A stretch of DNA of 64,000 nt from Patescibacteria group bacterium (GTDB lineage: Bacteria; Patescibacteriota; WWE3; 0-14-0-20-40-13), in contig JAHINB010000006.1 of NCBI GenBank assembly GCA_018896215.1, forward strand, positions 2,941 through 66,940, read 5' to 3'. This document shows positions 17,736-26,818 of the stretch, piece after piece. The position numbers and the translations under genes are program-made. Under the pieces are notes generated by a model. The model had not been told where the DNA came from. It searched no databases and saw nothing but the letters and a program-made list of their open reading frames with translations. Numbering within the stretch: position 1 is the stretch's first letter; each line of letters starts with the position of its first letter.

Positions 17736-19301
17736 TTACCTTTCCATCAAATATATGCAAATATCCGGTCCCGTAAAGTTGATTAGACCATCTTCGTTAG
17801 TTCTGATACATTTAATTTGCTTAGTAAACGACTCGATACTCTTGTAATAATCAATCCATTTTTGTGAAGCAGTCGGAAATAGCGCTCTAAAATCAGAAGA
17901 ATTGTAATAATCAATAAATTTGCTACTAGTTACCACATACAGGGGTTTTGGGATAATATCTAAATTGGGGGTGGATTCGTTCTCATAAGCCTCATTCACA
18001 TTATATTTTGCATGGGGTACCTCAAATACTTGGTATTTTTCATCGTCAAAAGGACTTCGAGCAACAAGTATAGGGTCGGATAAGATTGTGGAACTTTGGG
18101 GTATATTTTCTTCGACCCAAGTAACAATTGTTGGTCTCGTGTCTCCTTTAGCAAAAGATAGGGACACAGTTACCGATTTATAGATTGGAAAAAGCAGAAA
18201 TAGAAAACCAATTACTAGAGCTGTTTTTTTAGATTTTAGGCTGGAGAAAAAGTACCCAACCAGTATAGCAATCATTGGTATTTCAAACATTAACCATCGC
18301 ATTTCTTTAGAAATAGAAGCTGATACAAAACAAAAATAACAAATAACAAAGCCTGATAAATATTTTGCAAAGGCATTTTTGTGGAACCATGGATAAAATA
18401 CTGCAATAAAGACCACTAACAGTGCTAAAGGACCCAAATCAAAAAATAAGCTGTTTCCAAGGAAACGACCCATGGAGGAGCTGTCATTATTGACAAGAAG
18501 ATAAAAGAACCTAGGGCTAACCGAACCTAATATCCCCCCGCCATTTCGAGCAAATTGATTTTTTATGTCTAGAGCAAATTCAGGAAAATTTAAAATTACA
18601 TGGGGGTTGGTGATTATAAAAACAACGATTGCGCAGACAGTATATTTTAGTAACTTTGTTAGACGTGATTTTAGACTACCTTTGAGAAATATTAAAATCC
18701 CCAGACCCAGAAATACTGCAAGTATTGCAGGATAATATTTTGTCCCAATCCCAAGACCTACCATAATTGAAGATGCGAGAAGTTTCCTTCTCGAAAGAAA
18801 GTAGATAGAGGCTACTCCAAAAAATGTCGCAATAATATCTGGAGAAAAATAGTGCGAATTGATAACATGGGTTGGAAAAAAAGCTAGAACAAGAGCGGAA
18901 AGTAAACCAACCTTCTCTCCAAATGAATCTCTACCTAATCTGTAAACAAAATATACTGTAGCCGTAGCAAACAACACGGTGATAAATCTTGCCAAAAGAA
19001 AAATTGGAGACAACGATACAAGATTAAAAACACTAAAATTACGACCCACGAAAGATACTAACTTAATTGTACTGGTCAGAATAAAAAAATTAACCCCTCC
19101 GTAATAAAAGATGTGAGGATTAAAAAAAGCATTGTCTCCCCTCCCCTGCAAAGATTCCACGAAATTAACTGACATAGAGTTCGCGGGGTAGATAATTTTT
19201 CCCTCGTCGGGATGAAGTTCTAAAGGCAAACCAAAATTAATTCCCACAACGCGAACCAAAAAAGCCAAAACTATAATAGGTACAAGAAGATTTATTTTCA
19301 T
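17736..19301 (-). CDS. GT-C fold glycosyltransferase (PMT_2-like, HPDE subgroup)
   Basis: FGLPLELHPDE, NPHIFYYG, NSHYFSPD, GTKY, TNPH, GDTR; multi-TM. Confidence 0.8.
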   Translation of the reverse strand: MKINLLVPIIVLAFLVRVVGINFGLPLELHPDEGKIIYPANSMSVNFVESLQGRGDNAFFNPHIFYYGGVNFFILTSTIKLVSFVGRNFSVFNLVSLSPIFLLARFITVLFATATVYFVYRLGRDSFGEKVGLLSALVLAFFPTHVINSHYFSPDIIATFFGVASIYFLSRRKLLASSIMVGLGIGTKYYPAILAVFLGLGILIFLKGSLKSRLTKLLKYTVCAIVVFIITNPHVILNFPEFALDIKNQFARNGGGILGSVSPRFFYLLVNNDSSSMGRFLGNSLFFDLGPLALLVVFIAVFYPWFHKNAFAKYLSGFVICYFCFVSASISKEMRWLMFEIPMIAILVGYFFSSLKSKKTALVIGFLFLLFPIYKSVTVSLSFAKGDTRPTIVTWVEENIPQSSTILSDPILVARSPFDDEKYQVFEVPHAKYNVNEAYENESTPNLDIIPKPLYVVTSSKFIDYYNSSDFRALFPTASQKWIDYYKSIESFTKQIKCIRTNEDGLINFTGPDICIYLMER

Positions 19302-20698
19302 GGGTAAAATCCAAATTTAATTAGCGCCAACCTTGCAAAATACACTAGCATGGAATCCTTTAGAGACCAGAGCCAAGATGTAGAAAAGGGACCAGCATCG
19401 TATGTTGCATGCCAGTACCTAAAATCAAAAAGCAAACTTATTACTTGAACTAAAATGGATACAATGAGTAGAAAATAGAAACGCCTTAAAACATTTGTTT
19501 TCTTGAAATTAAAGCTTAGATAGATACCAAGAAATATAGTCAAAAACGGTAATGCTTCTGACACCATTCTATAACCAAATGACCATCCACCATACCAATG
19601 AATCCACTTTCCCATAACGAGAAAAAACACCAACAAGGCTATTGATAAGGCTTTATATTCTAATCCAGTTTTATAACAAGATTTATGTGAGATTTCTTCC
19701 GATAAATTTCCCCGACCCTGTGTCGGGGGCGTTACATAATCCAACGCACTTGTGCGTGGGATTCTATTTTTCCTCCACACATAGTAAATTCCCGTTAAGG
19801 CAAAGATGAAAACCGGGGACAAGATCAGCAAACCCTTACTTGGAGAAATCAGAAGACCTAAAAATCCCTCGGGAAACCTACCTTGCCAATTGGTAAACTG
19901 CTGGACACTATATGGGTGGTTTAAAACCCCACCTAAGTAAGTCACATCGTACCAAAATTGAAAAAGCAATGGAGGCAAACTCCATAACAAAAACACAAAA
20001 GCCTTTTTGCGATCTTTAATTAAAACATAAACAAATGCCCAAACAGCAAAGATAATATTAGTCGGTCGGCTAAAAACAGCCAAAGAAAATAAAATTGATG
20101 AATAAGATTTATTAAATAAAAGCAAATAGAAACCGGCCGATAAAAGAAATTGATTTATTCCATGTTGCCATAAACTTTGAGAAGTTGTACCCCAACAAAT
20201 GCTTCCAAAGGCGTAGGCTACTACCGAAAGAATACTGACTTTGCGGTTTCTCGTAATCTTAACTAAAGATAAATAAACAAATACTACCGATAAAGCAACA
20301 AAAAACGCCGAGGCGCACCTTGCGGTAATTGGAATTAAGTCGGAGCTATAATGAATTCCCAAAATTGATACTGGAAGGTAAAAGGGTACCGCTAATATTG
20401 GAACAATTACTGGAAAAGCCGAGATATACTCGCCGTTTTGAGAATTGAACAAATAATATGGCTTCCCAAGCTTATTTTCGGGATTGGGCCATTGTTTTTT
20501 AAAATAGTTATAATATTCGGTAAGCACGAATCCTCGACCGTCAAGTAATGACAGAGGAAGATATGTAGCGGGGATTGCATCTTCGCTTTGAATTAATAAA
20601 TCGTTTTTGGAAGTAATATTTAACCCCAACCAAAAAACGAAATAGGCAAAAAAGCTTAGTATAAATAGTATTAGCGGGATTCTTAGTGAAGTACTCAT
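19298..20698 (-). CDS. Multi-TM membrane protein, probable GT-C glycosyltransferase
   Basis: TM1 then QSED, SQSLWQH, SRP, GLLISPSKGL..SP, WYGGWSFGYR; carries a hydrophilic palindrome-derived stretch at about 19660-19770. Confidence 0.68.
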   Translation of the reverse strand: MSTSLRIPLILFILSFFAYFVFWLGLNITSKNDLLIQSEDAIPATYLPLSLLDGRGFVLTEYYNYFKKQWPNPENKLGKPYYLFNSQNGEYISAFPVIVPILAVPFYLPVSILGIHYSSDLIPITARCASAFFVALSVVFVYLSLVKITRNRKVSILSVVAYAFGSICWGTTSQSLWQHGINQFLLSAGFYLLLFNKSYSSILFSLAVFSRPTNIIFAVWAFVYVLIKDRKKAFVFLLWSLPPLLFQFWYDVTYLGGVLNHPYSVQQFTNWQGRFPEGFLGLLISPSKGLLILSPVFIFALTGIYYVWRKNRIPRTSALDYVTPPTQGRGNLSEEISHKSCYKTGLEYKALSIALLVFFLVMGKWIHWYGGWSFGYRMVSEALPFLTIFLGIYLSFNFKKTNVLRRFYFLLIVSILVQVISLLFDFRYWHATYDAGPFSTSWLWSLKDSMLVYFARLALIKFGFYP

Positions 20699-21385
20699 TT
20701 AATTTGTAAATCTAAATTTAATCAATGTCCAAAGTGCCGAAAATCCGTCTTGCCAGGTGATGTGTTTACCCTCACTGTGTGTTCTACCAAAATATGAAAT
20801 GGGAACTTCTTTAATTTTGTAGCCCATTTTTAGAATTTTGGCGGTAATTTCGGGTTCAAAATTAAACCTCTTGGATTTTATATCGACCTCTTTTATAACC
20901 TCAATCGGAATCAACTTATAACAAGTCTCCATATCGGTCAAAGATTGCCCATATAGAATATTTGTAACAAGGGTTAAAACTTTGTTTCCAATATAATGCA
21001 AATTTGACATATCTTTATACTGACCCATAAATCTAGAACCATAGACAACCTTAAATTTACCGTTCTTTAACTCGTTAAGAAGAATTTTGTAGTCTTGAGG
21101 GTTATATTCCAAATCAGCGTCTTGAACAATAACATAGTCACCGGAAGCATGTTCGAAACCAGTTTTTAAAGCACCACCCTTCCCTTTATTTTTACCGTGA
21201 CTTAATACTATAAAACCTTTTTTACTGGCGTACTGTTTTAATATATCAGCGCTTTTATCCTTGGAACAATCGTTGATAAGTATTACTTCTTTATCAACAA
21301 AGTTAACTGCTTGTATTTTTGAAATTAACCTCTTTAATGTTTTTTCCTCGTTATAAACCGGAACCACAATCGAAAGTTTCATCAT
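20699..21385 (-). CDS. GT2 DPM1-like polyprenol-phosphate sugar synthase (soluble)
   Basis: VVPVYNEE, NDCSKD, NKGKGGA, QDADLEY, VYGSRF, LTDMETCYK, FEPEIT. Confidence 0.92.
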   Translation of the reverse strand: MMKLSIVVPVYNEEKTLKRLISKIQAVNFVDKEVILINDCSKDKSADILKQYASKKGFIVLSHGKNKGKGGALKTGFEHASGDYVIVQDADLEYNPQDYKILLNELKNGKFKVVYGSRFMGQYKDMSNLHYIGNKVLTLVTNILYGQSLTDMETCYKLIPIEVIKEVDIKSKRFNFEPEITAKILKMGYKIKEVPISYFGRTHSEGKHITWQDGFSALWTLIKFRFTN

Positions 21386-22906
21386 TTAATATTTTAACCG
21401 AAAAATCTTTGAGTACCTAATATAACCACCATCATTTATTGTAAATTTCTTTACAAGCTCAACATCGTTTTCTCTATCCTCCCTTTCCAAAAAAATCAGG
21501 CGCCTGTACTCATCGAATTCGTTCGTAACTAGAGCGTACTTAACACTTTGTGATCTTAAAAAATCAACGCTTTCTTCCCCATCAGTGTCGTCAAAATATA
21601 ATGTGTCATGACCAGCTAAATACCATGAGGTAATACCGGTTTCGTCGCTGTAGGCTATTTTCCCATCTAAATCTTTAGAGAAGAGCACGGCTTGATATAC
21701 AGTCCGATAAACATCTTTAAAACGAATTGTATAGGCAACCGCGGAAACAAGTATTGAAAGCGCTAAAAAACCCAGGAAAAGTTTGGCTTTATCCGCAATA
21801 AAAAATAGCATTGTAGCAACTGACAATACTAAAAATACCAGCAAAAACCATTTGCCCAAAACCAAAAAATGATAACGGTATTCCATTCTAAACAAAATAA
21901 ACACTATAGTATTTATAAATAGTGTTATAAGGTAGAATTTAGATTTAAACCAAGGTTTAGACAATGTCTCCAATACTGGAGGAACTGTAAAGATAGCAAA
22001 AACTGGAATTAGGTAAACAAACAAACGGGGCATTGCCGCAATCCAAAAAAAGAATAGGGCAATACTCATAATCAAATAGAAAAATATGGGACGATGCTCA
22101 ACAAGAAGTTTTTTAATTGATGTGATTAGCAACAAAGGAGAAATGAGCAAATTTCCAAAACAAAACAAAAAAGCCGAGACGACGATGAGTACTGATTTAA
22201 AGTTGTAGCTAAAACCAGCAGGCTCCAAAAAATAAGCCGATTTTATTGGATTAGCAAAAATTAATATATTGCGAACAATTACGGGACTTGCAACCAGGGT
22301 AAACCCCAGCACCAAAAGCCCGAAGTTCCTAAATTTTTTGGCAATTAGAGCGTCCAAACCAAAAGCAAATATCAGCAAAGCTCCTTCATACCTAGTTAAA
22401 AAGCATAGCCCCGCAACTAATCCTAGAACTAAATACTTTTTCTTAAGAAGATAAAGATATAAGAATAACAGCAGAAAAAAAGCGAACTGCCCTTCGGCAA
22501 GAACCCGTGATGTTCCATAAAAGAAAATTGGGGAAAGTGCAGTGAGTAGTAGAGTAAAAAAGGCAATTCTAAAATTATTAAAAAGCCTTAAAGATATTTT
22601 AAATGTTAAAAGTAACGATCCCAAACAAAAAACTGTGGCTACAAATCTTCCCCACCAGATTGGATCAAAAAACTTAATTTCGTTAGAAACAAACTTGTTT
22701 ACTCCTAAGGATAAAAACCAAGGAAAAAGAGGAAGGCGTTTTTCATTTAGCGGGTAGCTAAAAGAGGACAGAGAAAGCCCCGCTTTTAAAAAACGGTAAG
22801 AATCACCAACCTCCGTGGGATTTAAAAAATACAGAGCAACTTTAATAACGAAATAAAAAAACAAAAAACTCCCCACCAAAATTAGTTGCTTTTTAGATAA
22901 TTTCAT
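21386..22906 (-). CDS. GT-C fold glycosyltransferase (PMT_2-like)
   Basis: TM1 then VGDSY, KRLPLFP, LAE, LTRYEG, PRLF; multi-TM with a C-terminal soluble domain. Confidence 0.75.
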   Translation of the reverse strand: MKLSKKQLILVGSFLFFYFVIKVALYFLNPTEVGDSYRFLKAGLSLSSFSYPLNEKRLPLFPWFLSLGVNKFVSNEIKFFDPIWWGRFVATVFCLGSLLLTFKISLRLFNNFRIAFFTLLLTALSPIFFYGTSRVLAEGQFAFFLLLFLYLYLLKKKYLVLGLVAGLCFLTRYEGALLIFAFGLDALIAKKFRNFGLLVLGFTLVASPVIVRNILIFANPIKSAYFLEPAGFSYNFKSVLIVVSAFLFCFGNLLISPLLLITSIKKLLVEHRPIFFYLIMSIALFFFWIAAMPRLFVYLIPVFAIFTVPPVLETLSKPWFKSKFYLITLFINTIVFILFRMEYRYHFLVLGKWFLLVFLVLSVATMLFFIADKAKLFLGFLALSILVSAVAYTIRFKDVYRTVYQAVLFSKDLDGKIAYSDETGITSWYLAGHDTLYFDDTDGEESVDFLRSQSVKYALVTNEFDEYRRLIFLEREDRENDVELVKKFTINDGGYIRYSKIFRLKY

Positions 22907-24512
22907 AAACTAGTACTCTGGGCAATTTGTTTTCGTCATTGCCGGAGTAAGAAAATACTAAACTCCAATTTTTGGGGGTTGTAACAATTTTTACCCTTCC
23001 AGAGTTAAAGTTAAAATACCCATCATAAATCTCTGGAAATGAATACACCGTTGATGAACCCAAAATAATATATCTAATTTTGTTTTCCTTTATAAAATTT
23101 ACAAACTCCGCAAAGGAATTTAGGTAGGGGTGAATTATTTTTACCCCCGAAATACTGGTATACCACTCATATGACAACCGTTCTTCGTTGCCTTTAATGT
23201 AAATTGTATCTTTAGTAAAATTAATTTGCGCAAAATTTATCAACGCCGATTGCTCCGACGGCATTTCTATTAACCCAGCCTCTACTTTGGGCAATGGAAC
23301 AACTTTCCCCGTTTGATATGCCAGTATTAGTGGGGTAAACGAGATTAAAAGCATAAGTAACTTAAGTACCTTAGATGACTTAAGTATAGAAACTAGAAAG
23401 AAAGTCGGGTAGCAAATAAACAAAAACCCAACCGGAATAAGATGGCGGTAATGAGGACTAACCCGATAATTGTAGGAAAAAAAGACAAAAAACGCACCAA
23501 AAAGAACCATCGAAAACAATGCTCGCTTTTTTTGCGGGTCAAATAACATCCCGAGCAACATTAATCCTAAAAGGATAATAGGATAACGCAGTTGTTGTAC
23601 CTCAAACAAGGCAATTAAAGAAACATTAGATAAAATCCTTACAGAATTTTGGGCTAGCTGAGAAACTTCATTACCAAGCTGATGTGTTTTAAAATAATTC
23701 AAAGCTGTGGGGGGATTTTCCCTAAAACCAACTGCCCTTCTCTCCTGCCTATTATCAATCCATAATAGCGAGGTGTTATTGTTATAGAAAGGATTCCTAT
23801 AGACAATGATATTACGCAAAAAAAGTGGGGAGGAAACTAAGAAAAATGTAACTAACGATAACCAAAAGTTTCTATTTGATAAAACTTTAAATTTAAAGAT
23901 TAACCCTACCGAAAAAATATAAGATAATAAAACTAAAATCCCGGCGGGCTTGGCAAAAAAAGCCAGCGACGCTACCCCCATACCCCAAATTAATTTTTTT
24001 GACGCATTTTCTTCTAGTCCTCTCCAGAGAAAAAACCACGATACGGCACAAAGACCAACAAAAAGACTATCTGGAACAACCACCGCAAATTCTTCGATTA
24101 AGAATTTATTGCAGGAAAAAACAACCGCTACAGCCATAGCTGGAACGATTCCAAACGACTTTAGAACCACGCCAAAAATAGTAATTAGTAGAGTAAAAGA
24201 CAAAATATAGTTTATAAACTTGGCATCCCTAAAAAAACTTGGATTTGCCTTGGCAAAGGGAGAGAGTAAAACAGCATATAAAGGGTTTTTCCGATTCTCG
24301 CTAAAGTTGTTAGTAACAAGATTATAGGGAAATTTTAATACCCCACCAGTATCTTTGATTTGGATAGCATAGGATAAATAATCGGATTGATCGTCAAAGG
24401 GGTACGAATTGCGAGAAAGGTAGTATCCTTGGTAATAAAACCAGCCTAATACTATTGGTATAAGAAAAAGATATTTTAAATGGGATAAATTAATTTTCGA
24501 CAAGATGCTCAT
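22893..24512 (-). CDS. GT-C fold glycosyltransferase (PMT_2-like)
   Basis: FDDQSDY, RKNPLY, VPD, FAKP, LRNIIVYRNPFY, YRHLIP. Likely start MSILSK at 24512. Confidence 0.75.
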   Translation of the reverse strand: MSILSKINLSHLKYLFLIPIVLGWFYYQGYYLSRNSYPFDDQSDYLSYAIQIKDTGGVLKFPYNLVTNNFSENRKNPLYAVLLSPFAKANPSFFRDAKFINYILSFTLLITIFGVVLKSFGIVPAMAVAVVFSCNKFLIEEFAVVVPDSLFVGLCAVSWFFLWRGLEENASKKLIWGMGVASLAFFAKPAGILVLLSYIFSVGLIFKFKVLSNRNFWLSLVTFFLVSSPLFLRNIIVYRNPFYNNNTSLLWIDNRQERRAVGFRENPPTALNYFKTHQLGNEVSQLAQNSVRILSNVSLIALFEVQQLRYPIILLGLMLLGMLFDPQKKRALFSMVLFGAFFVFFSYNYRVSPHYRHLIPVGFLFICYPTFFLVSILKSSKVLKLLMLLISFTPLILAYQTGKVVPLPKVEAGLIEMPSEQSALINFAQINFTKDTIYIKGNEERLSYEWYTSISGVKIIHPYLNSFAEFVNFIKENKIRYIILGSSTVYSFPEIYDGYFNFNSGRVKIVTTPKNWSLVFSYSGNDENKLPRVLVYEII

Positions 24513-25632
24513 AGATTTTTTGAATTTCTTGCGCCTTTGCCTTCCAGCTATAATATTTTTCGATATAGTTACTATCAACTTTGACATTAGATTGCACTAT
24601 TTTTAAAATATTGCTTGCAATTTTTCGTGGCGTGGGGTTATCTATAAAAAACAGGCCGCTGATTGGAGATTTAATACTAAACCCCGACGCCAGTACCGGA
24701 ATTCCCGATGCCAACGCCTCTAAAACTACTTTGGGAAGACCCTCATAGAGCGACGGGATGACGAAAATGGCAGATTCCGCGTAGTATTTTGGCAAATGAG
24801 CATTTTCTATGTATCCTTCAAAAATAACTCTCTCTAAAACCCCTGTGTCTTTTGCGATTTCTTTTATCTTGTTAACGAAACTTTCGAAGCCTCTTCCAAT
24901 AATCTTCAGATTGTACAAATCGGGAAGATACTGCAAAGAAGCAACCAAGGATTCTACATTTTTTCTGGAATTTAAAGCTCCTACATAAAGTATTTGCTTT
25001 TTATCGCCTTTCTGAATCTTGTTATCAAACACCTCTGTTGCCACGCCACTTTCTACCAAAAAACATTTTTCCCGAGGAACATGATAATATTTAATCGCTT
25101 CATCGATATTTTGTTTGCTTACAAAAATACACGCTCTTGCCACTTTGACCGCTAGTTTATCGGAGATTAAAGACAAAAGTATTGCAATGTTTTTAACGAA
25201 AAAACCGTCTTTGTTTACAGATTCCCCATTGGTAATTGCAATTCTTCCCGCAGTAGTGTTATGAAAATGAGCCACAAGAGGAGTTTTATCCAACCAACCA
25301 AAAAGGAATTTGTAAAGATAGATATACAAACCAAAATGCCCATGGACATGATAAATGTCAACTTTGTTAAATACTCTCCAAAACAAAAAATATAAGGACA
25401 TTAAAGGCGCTGTGGTAAGCAGCATAACGCCTTCTACAGGCTCGCGAGGAAAAGAGATTATGCTAACACCGGAGATTTTTTCGGGACCGCCGGATTTATT
25501 CCAACGACCGCAAAAAACGGTCAGAGAATTACCCAAAAGCTTTTGATGTTTTGTTAGATAGTATGGTGCTGGTGCCAACCCATCCCAAGGCTTTGGCCAA
25601 TCATAGATAATTCTTGCTATTCTAAAACTCAT
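24490..25632 (-). CDS. Glycosyltransferase family 4
   Basis: HVHGH, LYVGALNSRKN, PSLYEGLPKVVLEALASGIP, YSW. Confidence 0.9.
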   Translation of the reverse strand: MSFRIARIIYDWPKPWDGLAPAPYYLTKHQKLLGNSLTVFCGRWNKSGGPEKISGVSIISFPREPVEGVMLLTTAPLMSLYFLFWRVFNKVDIYHVHGHFGLYIYLYKFLFGWLDKTPLVAHFHNTTAGRIAITNGESVNKDGFFVKNIAILLSLISDKLAVKVARACIFVSKQNIDEAIKYYHVPREKCFLVESGVATEVFDNKIQKGDKKQILYVGALNSRKNVESLVASLQYLPDLYNLKIIGRGFESFVNKIKEIAKDTGVLERVIFEGYIENAHLPKYYAESAIFVIPSLYEGLPKVVLEALASGIPVLASGFSIKSPISGLFFIDNPTPRKIASNILKIVQSNVKVDSNYIEKYYSWKAKAQEIQKIYEHLVEN

Positions 25633-25636
25633 TGCA

Positions 25637-26818
25637 CTATTTTACCACCAATGTAAGATATTTTTTTACCATGGTTTGTTGACTATATTTTTCTTTGGAG
25701 GCAATAAGAGCGTTTTCTGACAGAGTTTCTTGCAATTTTGGATTCTCTGCAAGTTGTCTAATAGCATTAGAAAGCCCTTCTTGAGATGCTGGAGTAACCA
25801 AAATACCATTCTCACCACTAACAATTGCCGAAGGAATTCCACCAACACGGGACGCGATGATTGGAAGACCAGAAGCCATTGCTTCGGCTAAAACCATGGG
25901 AAATCCCTCTTGTCTAAGGGTCGGGAGAACAAAAACATCTGCTTGCTGATAATATTTAACAGTTTCTTCGTTTGTGACTTCTCCCACAAAATCCACGGGG
26001 AGCGCCAGTGTTTTAGCGAGAGATTTAAAATACTCCAAGTCGCTTCCCCCACCAACGATGGTGAGTCTAAGTGACCCAAGCTCCTTAAGTGACTCAAGAC
26101 TCTCAAAAAGCACCTCTAACCCTTTCTCTTTTACTACTCTTCCCACTGTTAACAACCTCATTTCCTTTTTGTCATTTGATCTTAATTTGACATTTGTCAT
26201 TCGACATTTGAACTTTTCGATATCTACTCCATTATCAATCACTACCAGCTTATCTTGGAACTTTGGAAACTCTTTTTCTACCCTACCCTTAACAACTCCG
26301 CTTACACAGACAATTTTATCCCCCAATTTAAAAAGTCGATAGTCCTCCAAATATCCCCCAACTAACATGGGAAGATCTTTTATAATAAGCCGAATCAAAT
26401 TTCTTAGAGAATGAACTTGTTTTAGGCGAGTTTGAAACTCCCCAAAAGAAGTGCCGTGATTAATTGCAATTTTCTTGACATTGACATTACGAGCATTCTT
26501 AAAAACAGCAAGTCCAGCACTACTTTGGCTAATTAGGACATCTATTTTTTCTTTGGATGATAAATCTTTATAAGCCTTAACGCTTTCCTTGAACCACTGC
26601 AAAGAATATTTCCCAGGTTGAGAATTAGTAAATACATAATTAGGAACATGATTAGGGATTATCCCAAATTTGGGATAATCCCTATTTAAACTTGTGGTGA
26701 CAACAAAAACTTTGTGACCAGCTTTTACTAACCCTTCGCATAAAACTTTGTTTTGGGTTTCTAGACCTCCAGATTTGTTGTGATATGTTGTGGAGCGGAT
26801 AAATACACAAAAGGTCAT
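25637..26818 (-). CDS. Glycosyltransferase family 4
   Basis: SGGLE, NGVD, TVGRVVKEKG, QEGFPMVLAEAMASGLP. Confidence 0.92.
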   Translation of the reverse strand: MTFCVFIRSTTYHNKSGGLETQNKVLCEGLVKAGHKVFVVTTSLNRDYPKFGIIPNHVPNYVFTNSQPGKYSLQWFKESVKAYKDLSSKEKIDVLISQSSAGLAVFKNARNVNVKKIAINHGTSFGEFQTRLKQVHSLRNLIRLIIKDLPMLVGGYLEDYRLFKLGDKIVCVSGVVKGRVEKEFPKFQDKLVVIDNGVDIEKFKCRMTNVKLRSNDKKEMRLLTVGRVVKEKGLEVLFESLESLKELGSLRLTIVGGGSDLEYFKSLAKTLALPVDFVGEVTNEETVKYYQQADVFVLPTLRQEGFPMVLAEAMASGLPIIASRVGGIPSAIVSGENGILVTPASQEGLSNAIRQLAENPKLQETLSENALIASKEKYSQQTMVKKYLTLVVK

